The notes beneath the pieces were generated by a model. The model was given only the letters and a program-made list of their open reading frames with translations. It was not told where the DNA came from and did no database searches. Positions 10,375-21,382 of a stretch of 64,000 nucleotides of DNA are shown here, in pieces. The position numbers and the translations under genes were made by a program. The stretch is from assembly GCF_050700595.1 (NCBI RefSeq), contig NZ_JBOHHI010000105.1:11845-75844 (forward strand), in the 5' to 3' direction. How positions within the stretch are numbered: position 1 is the first letter of the stretch; each line of letters starts with the position of its first letter. The DNA comes from Mycobacterium sp. GTDB taxonomy: Bacteria; Actinomycetota; Actinomycetes; Mycobacteriales; Mycobacteriaceae.

Positions 10375-11262
10375 ATGCCTGACAAGCCGACTACTCCGAC
10401 GAAGACCCGCCCCGAAGACATCCAGGCCCATTACGACCTGTCCGACGACTTCTTCGGCCTGTTCCAGGACGCGACCAGGACCTACAGCTGCGCCTATTTC
10501 GAACGCGACGACATGACGCTCGAAGAAGCCCAGATCGCCAAGGTCGACCTGAACCTGGACAAGCTGGACCTCAGGCCGGGCATGACGCTGCTGGACATCG
10601 GCTGCGGCTGGGGCACCACGATGAAGCGTGCCATCGAGCGCTACGACGTCAACGTCATCGGCCTGACCCTGTCGAAAAACCAGCAGGCCCGCACCCAGCA
10701 GGTGCTAGACGGCCTCGACACCAACCGCTCACGCCAGGTGCTGCTGCGCGGCTGGGAGGACTTCAGCGACCCCGTGGACCGGATCGTGTCCATCGAAGCG
10801 TTCGAGCACTTCGGCCACGAGAACTACGACCATTACTTCAAGAACTGCTTCAACATCATGCCCGACGATGGGCGGATGACCGTGCAGAGCAGCGTGAGCT
10901 TTCACCCGTATGACATGCATGCCCGCGGCATGAAGATCACCTTCGAAACCGCGCGGTTCATCAAGTTCATCGTCACCGAGATCTTCCCGGGCGGTCGGCT
11001 GCCGTCCACCGACATGATGGTGGAGCGCGGCGAGAAGGCCGGTTTCATTGTCCCCGAACCGCTTTCGCTGCGTGACCATTACGTCAGGACGCTGCGGATC
11101 TGGGGCGACGCGTTGGAGGCCAACCACGACAAGGCCGTCGAATTCACCTCCGAAGAGGTCTACCAGCGTTACATGAAGTACTTGCGCGGCTGCGAGCATT
11201 ACTTCGATTACGGGCTGCTCGACGTCAGCCTGGTCACCTACCTCAAGCCGGCGGCCGCCTAA
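10375..11262 (+). CDS. mmaA4: hydroxymycolate synthase MmaA4-like methyltransferase
   Basis: From the ATG at 10375 the product reads [32 protein letters not shown]. It carries the MmaA4-specific [27 protein letters not shown] and C-terminal [10 protein letters not shown]. Confidence 0.85.
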   Translation: MPDKPTTPTKTRPEDIQAHYDLSDDFFGLFQDATRTYSCAYFERDDMTLEEAQIAKVDLNLDKLDLRPGMTLLDIGCGWGTTMKRAIERYDVNVIGLTLSKNQQARTQQVLDGLDTNRSRQVLLRGWEDFSDPVDRIVSIEAFEHFGHENYDHYFKNCFNIMPDDGRMTVQSSVSFHPYDMHARGMKITFETARFIKFIVTEIFPGGRLPSTDMMVERGEKAGFIVPEPLSLRDHYVRTLRIWGDALEANHDKAVEFTSEEVYQRYMKYLRGCEHYFDYGLLDVSLVTYLKPAAA

Positions 11263-11334
11263 CTGTCGGATCGGGGTCGCCTCGTTCGTCGAAGAGGTAG
11301 AGAGTGGAACACCGGGTTCCGCTCACGACCGGAG

Positions 11335-12042
11335 GTGACCACAATGCAGTACTTCGCCCTGTTGATCAGCCAGGAACGCGACCTCACACCCGACGAGGGT
11401 GCCGCGGTGATGACGGCCTACCAAAACTTCCACGCCAGGGCCGGTTCGGCCATCCGGGCGGGTGACGCGTTGTTGCCGGCGGCCGGCGCGGTGCGCATCA
11501 CCGGCGGCCCGGACGCACCGATCGTCACCGACGGCCCGTTCGCCGAGTCGGCGGAAGTCGCCGGTGGGTATTACGTCTTCGAAGCCGACAACCTCGACGA
11601 TGCGCTGGCGCTGGCCCGCGACATTCCCGCCGCCACGCATGGCGCAGTGGAAGTCTGGCCGATGGCCGCCCCAGGGGCGCAGAGCGAACCGCTGGAGGGC
11701 ACCAACTGGATCGCCCTGCTGCTGGAGCCGCCAGACCGGCCAGTGCCGCCCGGCACCCCGGAGTGGGAGGCGATGGTGGCCCTGCACCAGACGTTCTTCG
11801 CCGGGGCAGGCCAACACATCAAGGCCGGCGCGGGCCTGCACCCGCCGTCCACGGCGACCACGGTGAAGGTGCGCGACGGTGAGGTGATCATCACCGACGG
11901 GCCCTACGTCGAAGGCGCCGAGGTTGCCAACGGTTTCTATGTGCTGTCCGCCACCGACCGCGACGAAGCCGTCAAGCTCGCGTCGCAGATACCGGCGTCC
12001 GTGGTGGAGTTGCGACAGTTGGCCGGAGTGTCAGGGCTGTAA
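11335..12042 (+). CDS. tandem YciI-like (DGPF) domain protein
   Basis: 235 aa with two repeats of the YCII-type motif (TDGPFAESAEVAGGYYVFEA and TDGPYVEGAEVANGFYVLSA). This is the usual partner gene upstream of this ECF sigma type. Confidence 0.75.
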   Translation: MTTMQYFALLISQERDLTPDEGAAVMTAYQNFHARAGSAIRAGDALLPAAGAVRITGGPDAPIVTDGPFAESAEVAGGYYVFEADNLDDALALARDIPAATHGAVEVWPMAAPGAQSEPLEGTNWIALLLEPPDRPVPPGTPEWEAMVALHQTFFAGAGQHIKAGAGLHPPSTATTVKVRDGEVIITDGPYVEGAEVANGFYVLSATDRDEAVKLASQIPASVVELRQLAGVSGL

Positions 12043-12049
12043 GCCCGCA

Positions 12050-13258
12050 ATGGCCGACCTGGACGGCGTCTTCCGTCGGGAATGGGGCCCGGCCGTCGCC
12101 ACGCTCGCGCGGTGGTCCGGCGACCTGTCCGTTGCCGAGGACGCCGTCCAGGAAGCCTTCGCCGAGGGGCTGCGGGTGTGGCGGCGCGACGGCCTGCCGG
12201 ACAATCCCGCTGCGTGGCTGCTGACCGTGGCACGCAACCGCGCCCGGGACCGGTTGCGCCGCGAATCAATCCGTCCCGGAAAGGAATTGGCCGCCGTGAT
12301 CGACGACGTCCGGGCACGCACCGATCACACCGAGCCGTACCCGGTCCGCGACGACGAACTGCGGATGATGTTCACCTGCGCGCATCCGGCACTCGACCGG
12401 ACCTCCCAGCTGGCACTCACGCTGCGGCTGGTGTCCGGACTTACCGTCGCCGAGATCGCCCGGGCGGTGTTGCAGACCGAGACCGCGATCGGTCAGCGAA
12501 TCACCCGGGCCAAGAACAAGATTCGGCACGCCCGGATTCCGCTGCGGGTACCGCCGGCCGAGCTGCTGCCCGAGCGCACCCCACACGTGCTGGCCTGCAT
12601 CTACTCGGTCTTCACCGAGGGGTACTGGTCGACAGCGGGTCCGTCGGCGATCCGGGACGAACTGTGCGACGAGGGTGTCCGACTGGCCGGCGAGCTATGC
12701 ACGCTGATGCCCGACGAGCGTGAGGCGCAGGCGTTGGCCGCCCTGGTGCTGCTACACGATTCGCGGCGAGCGGCCCGGATCGACGCGGCCGGGGCGCTGG
12801 TGCCGCTGGAGGAACAGGACCGCCATCGCTGGGACCGCGGCCGCATCGCCCGCGGCCTGGACCGACTGCGGCTGGCCGCCGGCTCGACCGGCCCATATCT
12901 GCCGCAGGCGGTGATCGCGGCACTGCACGCGACTGCGCCATCGTGGGAACAGACCGACTGGGCGGCGATCTGCGCGGCATATGACCGGTTGCTGGTGATC
13001 GCCGACTCCCCCGTGGTGCGGGCGAATCGGGCGCTGGCGGTGGGCTTTCGCGACGGCCCCGGCGCCGGCCTGGCCGCGCTGCAGGAGGCGGGCGACGATC
13101 CGCGGGTAGCGCGTCTGGTGCCGGCCATCCGCGCGGATCTGCTACGCCGCGACGGCCGACCCGCTGAAGCGTTGAGCTGGTATCGAAAGGCGTTGGCCGC
13201 CAGCGGCTCCGAACCGGCCCGGGTATTCCTGCAGCGCAGGATAGCTGAATGTATTTGA
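12050..13258 (+). CDS. ECF-type sigma-70 family factor with extended C-terminal domain
   Basis: The ATG at 12050 gives MADLDGVFRREWGPAVATLARW. Region 2 (AWLLTVARNRARDRLRRE) and region 4 (LTVAEIARAVLQTETAIGQRITRAK) are recognisable, followed by a long C-terminal extension. Confidence 0.8.
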   Translation: MADLDGVFRREWGPAVATLARWSGDLSVAEDAVQEAFAEGLRVWRRDGLPDNPAAWLLTVARNRARDRLRRESIRPGKELAAVIDDVRARTDHTEPYPVRDDELRMMFTCAHPALDRTSQLALTLRLVSGLTVAEIARAVLQTETAIGQRITRAKNKIRHARIPLRVPPAELLPERTPHVLACIYSVFTEGYWSTAGPSAIRDELCDEGVRLAGELCTLMPDEREAQALAALVLLHDSRRAARIDAAGALVPLEEQDRHRWDRGRIARGLDRLRLAAGSTGPYLPQAVIAALHATAPSWEQTDWAAICAAYDRLLVIADSPVVRANRALAVGFRDGPGAGLAALQEAGDDPRVARLVPAIRADLLRRDGRPAEALSWYRKALAASGSEPARVFLQRRIAECI

Positions 13259-13266
13259 CCGCGAAG

Positions 13267-13316
13267 GTGCAACTACCGACGTGTTTCCCGACGAGAACAA
13301 CCGTCGCCAGTTGCAC
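13267..13316. terminator. hairpin between the convergent sigma-factor and rplA genes
   Basis: GTGCAACTaccGACG (13267-13281) pairs with CGTCgccAGTTGCAC (13302-13316) as 8 + 5 bp with a 2-nt internal mismatch and a 20-nt loop. There is no U-tract. Confidence 0.35.
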
Positions 13317-13326
13317 TCTCGCGAGC

Positions 13327-14037
13327 TTAAGATTCCGCGGTGAAGTTGCGGGTGATTGACGGGTCGACCGGAATGCCCGGTCCGGTCGTCGTCGAGACGG
13401 TGACCTTCCTCAGGTAGCGGCCCTTTGACGCCGACGGCTTGAGCCGCAGCACCTCGTCGATCGCGGCGCCGTAGTTCTCCGCCAGGCTCTTCTCGTCAAA
13501 CGACGCCTTGCCGATCACGAAGTGCAGGTTGGCCTGCTTGTCGATCCGGAAGTTGATCTTGCCGCCTTTGATGTCGGCGATGGCCTTGGTGACGTCGGGT
13601 GTGACGGTGCCGGTCTTGGGGTTGGGCATCAGGCCGCGCGGCCCCAGGATCCGGGCGATACGCCCGACCTTGGCCATCTGGTCCGGAGTGGCGATCGCGG
13701 CGTCGAAGTCCAAGAACCCGCCCTGGATTTTCTCGATCAGGTCGTCGCTGCCGACCACGTCGGCGCCGGCGGCGGTCGCCTGCTCGGCTTTCTCCCCCAC
13801 CGCGAACACCGCCACCCGGGCGGTTTTACCGGTGCCGTTAGGCAGGTTGACCGTGCCGCGGACCATCTGGTCGGCCTTGCGTGGGTCTACACCGAGCCGG
13901 ATCGCCACCTCGACAGTTGCGTCCTGCTTGGTCGACGACGTCTCTTTGGCCAGCTTGGCCGCCTGCAGTGGGGTGTAGAGGCTGGTGCGGTTCACCTTTT
14001 CGGCGGCGGCGCGATATACCTTGCTGTTCTTGCTCAT
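13327..14037 (-). CDS. rplA: 50S ribosomal protein L1
   Basis: 236-aa ORF whose sequence reads as L1 ([32 protein letters not shown]), in the rplK-rplA pair. Confidence 0.95.
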   Translation of the reverse strand: MSKNSKVYRAAAEKVNRTSLYTPLQAAKLAKETSSTKQDATVEVAIRLGVDPRKADQMVRGTVNLPNGTGKTARVAVFAVGEKAEQATAAGADVVGSDDLIEKIQGGFLDFDAAIATPDQMAKVGRIARILGPRGLMPNPKTGTVTPDVTKAIADIKGGKINFRIDKQANLHFVIGKASFDEKSLAENYGAAIDEVLRLKPSASKGRYLRKVTVSTTTGPGIPVDPSITRNFTAES

Positions 14038-14107
14038 CGGCTATCCAATCTCGTGGTTGGTTGTGGTTGCGAAACGGACCGAAGCTGGTCCTCCCACCGG
14101 TCAAGAG

Positions 14108-14539
14108 CTACTCGACCGTGATGCCCATCGACCGGGCGGTGCCGGCGATGATCTTCGCGCCGGCCTCGATGTCGTTGGCGTTGAGGTCGGCCTTCTTTGT
14201 CTCGGCGATCTCGCGGAGCTGGTTCCAGGTCACCTTGGCGACCTTGTCCTTGTGCGGCTCGGCCGAGCCCTTGCCCACGCCGGCCGCCTTCAGCAGCAGC
14301 CTGGCGGCGGGCGGCGTCTTGAGGGTGAACGTGAAGCTGCGGTCCTCGTAGACGGTGATCTCCACCGGGATGACGTTGCCGCGCTGGTTCTCCGTAGCGG
14401 CGTTGTATGCCTTGCAGAACTCCATGATGTTGACGCCGTGCTGGCCCAGCGCAGGGCCGACCGGCGGCGCGGGGTTGGCCTGCCCGGCCTCGATCTGCAG
14501 CTTGATCAGCCCGGCGACCTTCTTCTTCTTCGGGGCCAT
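14108..14539 (-). CDS. rplK: 50S ribosomal protein L11
   Basis: 143 aa with the canonical L11 sequence [46 protein letters not shown]. Confidence 0.95.
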   Translation of the reverse strand: MAPKKKKVAGLIKLQIEAGQANPAPPVGPALGQHGVNIMEFCKAYNAATENQRGNVIPVEITVYEDRSFTFTLKTPPAARLLLKAAGVGKGSAEPHKDKVAKVTWNQLREIAETKKADLNANDIEAGAKIIAGTARSMGITVE

Positions 14540-14561
14540 GAAATGGTGGTCCTTTCGTGCG

Positions 14562-15317
<756 letters not shown>

Positions 15318-15330
15318 CTATACCGTCTGC

Positions 15331-15738
15331 TCAGCCGAACACCAGCAACACCAGCTTGGCCAGGCCCAGGTCGGACAGGCCAATCAACGCCACCATGAAC
15401 ACCAGGAACGCCAGCACCACCGACGTGTAGGTGATCATCTGCTTGCGGTTCGGCCAGATCACCTTGCGCAACTCGGCAACGACCTGCTTGAGGTAGTTGT
15501 AGAGGTAGACGATCGGGTTGGGGCCGGGTGACTTCTTGGCCTGCTTGGCCTTCTTGGCCCTTTTGACCTTGACATCCGCGGCGCCTTCGGCGGCCGTCGA
15601 GCCGGTGTCGTCGTCGGTGTCCACGCGCTGGCGTGACCGCTTGCCGGTCGGGCGTTGCGGTCGGGTCACCACCGCCGTGCGGCCGCCGCGCTGCTCCTCG
15701 GTGTCGTTGCCGTCGGCAGCGTCGCGCTCGTCGCTCAC
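15331..15738 (-). CDS. secE: preprotein translocase subunit SecE
   Basis: 135 aa with a basic N-terminal extension and one C-terminal TM helix ([35 protein letters not shown]). It lies upstream of nusG. Confidence 0.9.
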   Translation of the reverse strand: MSDERDAADGNDTEEQRGGRTAVVTRPQRPTGKRSRQRVDTDDDTGSTAAEGAADVKVKRAKKAKQAKKSPGPNPIVYLYNYLKQVVAELRKVIWPNRKQMITYTSVVLAFLVFMVALIGLSDLGLAKLVLLVFG

Positions 15739-15806
15739 CGCATGCTCCTTAAGTTCGCTCGTCTCGGGTGCTTTCCAGTGTCCACCATTGCAGGTATCGA
15801 TGTCAG

Positions 15807-15879
<73 letters not shown>

Positions 15880-16013
15880 TCGCCGGTCGGCAGACCAACC
15901 TGCGGGGTCTTACATGACGCACGCGCTCTCCGCTCGTTCGACCCGCGGAAAGCGCGCTAGTGCTGGGAAAACCCCGAGGTCGAGTGTACATCGACGTCGG
16001 TCTCGGTTACCAA

Positions 16014-16514
16014 TCAACCGGTTCTGACGACCTGCCCGGACTCCATGTCCCACTTGAGCTGGACCGAGTTGTCGCCCTCGTGACCCATTACCGTGGTGTA
16101 GGCCTCCAACACCACCTCTCCCGCGTCGTTGGTGCAGGTGTTCCTGGTGACCACGATGACGGCGCCGAACCGCTCGTCGACGGAGTGGACCTCCATCTGG
16201 GCGTGCAGCACCTCGCCGGCAACGATCGGCTTTTGGAATATCAACCGCTGGTCAACCTGGACGATCTGCATCGTCTCGTAGCCGGTATCGACCTTGCGCA
16301 TGAAATCGGCCCGGACCAGCTGCGCCAGGATAGTCACGAACGTCAGAGGCGCGACGAGGCGGTCATATCCGAGTTCGGCGGCCGCGTCCTCGTACAGACA
16401 GGCCGGGTCGTCGGCCTTGATCGCCTTGGTGAATTCCCGGATCTTCTCCCGGCTTACTTCGTAGGTGTCCGGGTAGGTCCAGACCAGCCCGAGGATGTCG
16501 GTTTTGAGCGGCAT
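16014..16514 (-). CDS. hadC: (3R)-hydroxyacyl-ACP dehydratase subunit HadC
   Basis: From the ATG at 16514 the product reads MPLKTDILGLVWTYPDTYEVSREKIREF...QIVQVDQRLIFQKP. It is third in the hadABC order. Confidence 0.85.
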   Translation of the reverse strand: MPLKTDILGLVWTYPDTYEVSREKIREFTKAIKADDPACLYEDAAAELGYDRLVAPLTFVTILAQLVRADFMRKVDTGYETMQIVQVDQRLIFQKPIVAGEVLHAQMEVHSVDERFGAVIVVTRNTCTNDAGEVVLEAYTTVMGHEGDNSVQLKWDMESGQVVRTG

Positions 16515-16516
16515 GG

Positions 16517-16945
16517 TTACGCCAGCGTCGCCGACGCGATCGCCCGGCCGAAGATCTTCTTGCCGCCGGTGGTGGCGGTCAGCGCGATCGTCACCGACTT
16601 GGTGTCGGGATCGACCGACTTGACCCGGCCGGTGAAGGTGATCTCGGCGCCCTTGCCGTCGTTGGGCACCGGTACCACCGCGGTGAACCGCACGTTGTAC
16701 TCGGTCACCGCCCCGGGGTCGCCTATCCACGACGTGACGTAGCCGCCGCCGAGGCCCATGGTCAGCATGCCGTGGGCGATCGCGGTGTCCAGGCCGACGA
16801 GCTTAGCCATCTCGTCGTCCCAGTGGATCGGGTTGAGATCACCGGAGACGCCCGCATAGTTGACCAGATCCTGTCGGGTCAATGGATAGACCTTCTCGGG
16901 AAGCTGGTCACCCACCTGCACCGAACTGAACTCACGCAGTGGCAT
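16517..16945 (-). CDS. hadB: (3R)-hydroxyacyl-ACP dehydratase subunit HadB
   Basis: From the ATG at 16945 the product reads MPLREFSSVQVGDQLPEKVYPLTRQDLVNYAGVSGDLNPIHWDDE, which is nearly the M. tuberculosis HadB sequence as I recall it. Confidence 0.9.
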   Translation of the reverse strand: MPLREFSSVQVGDQLPEKVYPLTRQDLVNYAGVSGDLNPIHWDDEMAKLVGLDTAIAHGMLTMGLGGGYVTSWIGDPGAVTEYNVRFTAVVPVPNDGKGAEITFTGRVKSVDPDTKSVTIALTATTGGKKIFGRAIASATLA

Positions 16946-17411
16946 CGCTGAAACCCTTTTCTCCCTCTTCGCCCGCACGACCCGCCAGGGTCGTGTAGGT
17001 CTCCTGTACTACGTCACCGGCTTCGTTGGTGATGGTTTGTTTGGTCATGATGATGTCGGTTCCGTGTGCGCGGCGTACCGATTCGATAAACACATCGCAG
17101 TACAGGCGATCACCTACCCTGATCGGCGCCAGGAACTTCAAGGTCTGGTCGACCTGCACGATCTGCGCGTCGTCTGTCGCGATGTTGACTTGATCGAAGA
17201 ACGTCGTCACAGCCTTGTAGCCGAACACCGAGATGAACGTCAGCGGTGCCGGTAGCCCGTCGTAGCCGACTTCGGCGGCGGCCTTCTCCTCGCAGAAGAA
17301 GGCATCGGCGTTTTGGACCGCGACCGCGTATTCGCGGACCTTTTCCCGCTCGACGACGTAATAGTCGGGGTAGCGGTAATGCATCCCGATGATGTCTTTG
17401 CCCAACGACAC
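16932..17411 (-). CDS. hadA: (3R)-hydroxyacyl-ACP dehydratase subunit HadA
   Basis: A GTG at 17411 gives VSLGKDIIGMHYRYPDYYVVEREKVREYAVAV. It starts 12 nt after the rpmG stop and overlaps the hadB start by 14 nt. Confidence 0.85.
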   Translation of the reverse strand: MSLGKDIIGMHYRYPDYYVVEREKVREYAVAVQNADAFFCEEKAAAEVGYDGLPAPLTFISVFGYKAVTTFFDQVNIATDDAQIVQVDQTLKFLAPIRVGDRLYCDVFIESVRRAHGTDIIMTKQTITNEAGDVVQETYTTLAGRAGEEGEKGFSDATA

Positions 17412-17422
17412 GTCTGGAGAAC

Positions 17423-17590
17423 CTAGCGTGTCTCGCGGTGCGGCTGATGCTTGCCGCAGTTGGGGCAGAATTTCTTCAGCTCCATCCGATCGGGGTCGTT
17501 GCGGCGATTCTTCTTGGTGATGTAGTTGCGGTGCTTGCACACGTCGCAGGCCAAAGTGATCTTCGGCCGTACATCGGTACTGGAGGCCAC
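17423..17590 (-). CDS. rpmG: 50S ribosomal protein L33
   Basis: My own translation, from an ORF too short for the track: GTG at 17590 gives (M)[54 protein letters not shown], 55 aa, with a TAG stop at 17425-17423. Confidence 0.9.
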   Translation of the reverse strand: MASSTDVRPKITLACDVCKHRNYITKKNRRNDPDRMELKKFCPNCGKHQPHRETR

Positions 17591-17624
17591 GTCAGCTTCT
17601 CTTTCCGGAGTCGTTGTTGATTTG

Positions 17625-17698
<74 letters not shown>

Positions 17699-17750
17699 TC
17701 AGGGCCACACTGCCTTCGTTCAGGGCCGCCAGCCTGCCCGGCGTCCGCCG

Positions 17751-17823
17751 AGCCCCCTAACGGAATCGAACCGTTGACCTTTTCCTTACCATGGAAACGC
17801 TCTGCCGGCTGAGCTAAGGGGGC
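17751..17823 (-). tRNA. thrT: tRNA-Thr (anticodon GGT)
   Basis: The minus strand reads GCCCCCTTAGCTCAGCCGGCAGAGCGTTTCCATGGTAAGGAAAAGGTCAACGGTTCGATTCCGTTAGGGGGCT, with acceptor GCCCCCT/AGGGGGC. Confidence 0.85.
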
Positions 17824-17922
17824 ACTCACCCCGAGCGACCAGTCGGGCCGTGCCGGGGGCCTAAAAGAGGGTACAGCCTGGCCCGCAGGGCCACCAAACC
17901 GCACGGGTCATAGGCTGGAACG

Positions 17923-18639
17923 GTGCCTGACTCGGATCGGTTGTACTTTCGCCAACTGCTCGCCGGCCGCGACTTCGCCGCCGGCGACATGTTCGCGGTG
18001 CAGATGCGCAACTTCGCCTACCTGATCGGCGACCGGCAGACCGGCGACGCCGTGGTGGTCGACCCGGCCTACGCGGCCGGCGATCTGCTCGACGCGGCCG
18101 AAGCCGACGGCATGCACCTGTCCGGGGTGCTGGTCACCCACCACCACCCCGATCACGTCGGCGGCTCGATGATGGGGTTCCAGCTGAAGGGGCTGTCCGA
18201 GCTGCTGGAGCGCGTCAGCGTGCCAGTGCACGTGAATTCGCATGAGGCACTTTGGGTTTCGCGGGTGACCGGGATTCCCATGGGCGACCTCACCGCGCAC
18301 GAGCACGGCGACGTGGTCAGCGTCGGCGCAATCGACATCGAGCTGTTGCACACCCCCGGCCACACGCCGGGCAGCCAGTGCTTTCTGCTCGACGACCGAC
18401 TGGTCGCCGGTGACACGCTGTTTTTGGAAGGTTGTGGGCGCACCGACTTCCCCGGCGGCGACTCCGACGAGATGTACCGCAGCCTGCAACAGCTCGCCCG
18501 GCTTTCCGGTGACCCGACGGTGTTTCCCGGGCACTGGTATTCGGTCGAGCCGAGTGCATCGCTGTCGGAGGTCAAGGGGTCCAACTACGTTTACCGGGCC
18601 GCCGATCTCGATCAGTGGCGAATGCTGATGGGCGGGTGA
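17923..18639 (+). CDS. MBL-fold metallo-hydrolase (glyoxalase II-like, Rv0634c-like)
   Basis: 238 aa with the HHHPDHVGG metal-binding motif and a later HTPGHTPGS. Confidence 0.85.
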   Translation: MPDSDRLYFRQLLAGRDFAAGDMFAVQMRNFAYLIGDRQTGDAVVVDPAYAAGDLLDAAEADGMHLSGVLVTHHHPDHVGGSMMGFQLKGLSELLERVSVPVHVNSHEALWVSRVTGIPMGDLTAHEHGDVVSVGAIDIELLHTPGHTPGSQCFLLDDRLVAGDTLFLEGCGRTDFPGGDSDEMYRSLQQLARLSGDPTVFPGHWYSVEPSASLSEVKGSNYVYRAADLDQWRMLMGG

Positions 18640-18698
18640 TCTGCTGGTAGGAGCACGCCAGCGAATTTTCGGCTCCGTCACTGTGATATAAGCATCCA

Positions 18699-19532
18699 AT
18701 GGCATGGCTTCAAGACCGATGGTACGAGTTGACCGATACGGGCTCGGGAACCTGGCTGGCGTGGGCGGCGTGGGCTGCGCTCGCGTTGGGAGTGGTCGCC
18801 CTGATCTACACCCACCGGCAGATCCAGCGCGGCCGTCGGCTGGCGGCCGAGCAGGCTCGCCCGCACGTGGCCATGTTCATGGAGCCGAACGCTTCCGACT
18901 GGCATCTGATCGAGCTCGTGGTGCACAACTTCGGCAAGACCGCGGCGCACAACATCCGGTTCTCGTTTCCGCACCCGCCCACCGTGCCCGAATACGAGGA
19001 CGTCCACGACGGCTACGCGAGCGTCGCCGAGCTGAAACTCCCGAGCGAATTGGCGACGCTGGCGCCCGGCCAGGAGTGGCGCATGGTGTGGGACTCGGCG
19101 CTGGACCGCGTCGAGCTCGGCGAGAACATCGCGTCGCGCTTCGCCGGCACCGTGACCTACTACGACCGCCCCGACGACCGGCCCGGCTGGAAGTTTTGGC
19201 AGCAGCGGCGGCGTCCGCTGGCGACCGAGGTGGTGCTGGACTGGGATTCGCTACCGCCGGTTCAGCGGATCGAGTTGTTGACGACGCACGATCTGGCCAG
19301 GCGGGAAAAGCAGAAGCTGCAGCTGTTGCGTGGCGTGCTGAGCTACTTTCACTACGCCAGCAAGGAAACTCGCGCCGACGTGTTGCGCACTGAGATCGAA
19401 CGCATCAACCGCGTGGTGGCCGAGGTCCAGGAGCGGTGGCGCACCCACCAGCTCGACGAGCCTACCGATGTCAGCCTGCGGTGGGGCGACGCGGTGAATG
19501 AGCTGGGTAAGCATCGGGTCGAGCGGGTCTGA
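18699..19532 (+). CDS. conserved hypothetical membrane-anchored protein (Rv0633c position)
   Basis: 277-aa ORF with one N-terminal TM helix (WLAWAAWAALALGVVALIY) and coding-like composition. It lies between the MBL hydrolase and echA3. Confidence 0.65.
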   Translation: MAWLQDRWYELTDTGSGTWLAWAAWAALALGVVALIYTHRQIQRGRRLAAEQARPHVAMFMEPNASDWHLIELVVHNFGKTAAHNIRFSFPHPPTVPEYEDVHDGYASVAELKLPSELATLAPGQEWRMVWDSALDRVELGENIASRFAGTVTYYDRPDDRPGWKFWQQRRRPLATEVVLDWDSLPPVQRIELLTTHDLARREKQKLQLLRGVLSYFHYASKETRADVLRTEIERINRVVAEVQERWRTHQLDEPTDVSLRWGDAVNELGKHRVERV

Positions 19533-19546
19533 TTCAATCGACTCCC

Positions 19547-20242
19547 ATGAGCGGCCCGGTCACCTATCGCTACGACGAACCCATCGCGATCATCACGATG
19601 GACGACGGCAAGGTCAACGCGCTCGGCCCGGCCATGCAACAGGCATTGCAGGATGCGCTCGACAGCGCCGACCGCGACGACGTCGGGGCGGTGGTGATCA
19701 CCGGAAACCAGCGGGTGTTCAGCGGCGGGTTCGACCTGAAAATCCTGACCTCCGGCGAGGTGCAGCCCGCGATCGACATGCTCAAAGGCGGTTTCGAGCT
19801 CACCCACCGGCTGTTGTCCTATCCCAAGCCGGTGGTGATGGCCTGCACCGGTCACGCGATCGCGATGGGCGCGTTCCTGCTGTCCACCGGTGACCACCGG
19901 GTGGGTGCTCCCGCCCACAACATCCAGGCCAACGAGGTCGCGATCGGAATGACGCTCCCGTATGCGGCTTTGGAGATCATGAAGCTGCGGCTGACACCGT
20001 CGGCCTACCAGCAGGCCGCCGGGCTGGCCAAGACGTTCTTCGGCGAAACCGCCGTCGCCGCCGGCTGGCTCGACGAGATCGTGCTGCCCGAGGCGGTGCA
20101 CGAGCGTGCCGAGGAGGCCGCGCGGGAATTCGCCACCTTGCGTCAGCATGCCCATGCCGCGACCAAGCTACGCACCCGCGCCGAGGCGCTCGCCGGTATC
20201 CGCGCCGGGATCGACGGCATGGCAGCCGAATTCGGGCTCTAA
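19547..20242 (+). CDS. echA3: enoyl-CoA hydratase/isomerase family protein (EchA3-like)
   Basis: 231 aa with a crotonase fold (ITMDDGKVNALGPAM...VVITGNQRVFSGGFDL). It is adjacent to recC in M. tuberculosis. Confidence 0.8.
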   Translation: MSGPVTYRYDEPIAIITMDDGKVNALGPAMQQALQDALDSADRDDVGAVVITGNQRVFSGGFDLKILTSGEVQPAIDMLKGGFELTHRLLSYPKPVVMACTGHAIAMGAFLLSTGDHRVGAPAHNIQANEVAIGMTLPYAALEIMKLRLTPSAYQQAAGLAKTFFGETAVAAGWLDEIVLPEAVHERAEEAAREFATLRQHAHAATKLRTRAEALAGIRAGIDGMAAEFGL

Positions 20243-20340
20243 CGTCATCGCCCACCTCGTCGAAACTTAACCCATTGCGAACCGCATCGGCGTGTCGTCG
20301 CAACCGTTTAAGTGTCGCGAACTGGTCAACGCGATGCTAG

Positions 20341-21372
20341 CTAGTGTCCCTGGTAGCGGCGGAACCGTTTGAGGTATTTCGGGAAGTCCCACGTCAACAG
20401 GAACTCCCGTGCAGCCACATAACCTCTGTCGTACTGCTGCTCAAGGCGCTCTCGCGAGATACCGAAGTCGAGGGCGCTCACCTCGGTCGAGACCACCCGG
20501 ATGGCGCGAGCGCTGACCCAGGGCTCGTTGAGGTGGGTCTGATCGTGACCGATCAGCATGGTGGTGATCAGATGTTCCAGCAGCGACGGCGGTCCGAGGA
20601 GGCGCCGCAGCGGTTTCAGGACAGGGATCGCGCTCTCAACGCCCTCGAATAGCTTGGGGATCACCGTGATTCCGAACGTGGGCCAGCGCGGGCGTTTGGC
20701 GTCGGGCCGGTCCAGCGAGTCGATCGGAAAAGTCGACAGCAGGCCGCCGTCGACCAGGGTGGACGCCAGCCCGGTGGCGCTGGTCAAGGTGACCGGGCGA
20801 TAGAAAAACGGGATGGCCATCGACGCCCGGACCGCGTCGGCGACCGATTGCTCGTCGGGATCCAGACCGTAAACCCGCCGATAATCCCACGGTAATCGCA
20901 CGAGTTGCCCGGTGGTCAGGTCGGCGACGGTGACCACGGCCCGGTAGCGCCGCTCCGGCAGCAGGTGGTCGTCATCGACGGCCAGATCACCGAATGTGGT
21001 CACGCCCAGGTTCTTCAACTCGCCGCGGATCCAGTCGTGCGCGAAGTCGCCGCGGTAGAGGCCGGTGTCGCGAACCAGTCCCCAGGCCGGACCGAGAAAT
21101 GGGATTGGCGCTGCATCGCGCCATTGGCGCAGCGGCACCGACAATCCGAGTTCCCTGACTTCCGCACTGGTCAGCTGGTCACCCTTGGACGCGGCCGCGA
21201 TGATCGCGGCCACCACCGAGCCGCCCGAGACGCCGGATGCTCGCTGGAACGAATATCCGGCATCCATCAGCGCCACAACGGCGCCCACCAGCCCGATGAA
21301 CTTGACGCCTCCCCCGGAGAGGATCAGGTCAGCGCAATCGGGTGGCTGGTTTACCGATCGATCGTCGGCCAT
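20341..21372 (-). CDS. patatin-like phospholipase
   Basis: From the ATG at 21372 the product reads MADDRSVNQPPDCADLILSGGGVKFIG (oxyanion GGGxK/R), followed by GVSGGS (GxSxG) and LVDGG (catalytic Asp). Confidence 0.8.
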   Translation of the reverse strand: MADDRSVNQPPDCADLILSGGGVKFIGLVGAVVALMDAGYSFQRASGVSGGSVVAAIIAAASKGDQLTSAEVRELGLSVPLRQWRDAAPIPFLGPAWGLVRDTGLYRGDFAHDWIRGELKNLGVTTFGDLAVDDDHLLPERRYRAVVTVADLTTGQLVRLPWDYRRVYGLDPDEQSVADAVRASMAIPFFYRPVTLTSATGLASTLVDGGLLSTFPIDSLDRPDAKRPRWPTFGITVIPKLFEGVESAIPVLKPLRRLLGPPSLLEHLITTMLIGHDQTHLNEPWVSARAIRVVSTEVSALDFGISRERLEQQYDRGYVAAREFLLTWDFPKYLKRFRRYQGH

Positions 21373-21382
21373 AGGATCCCTT

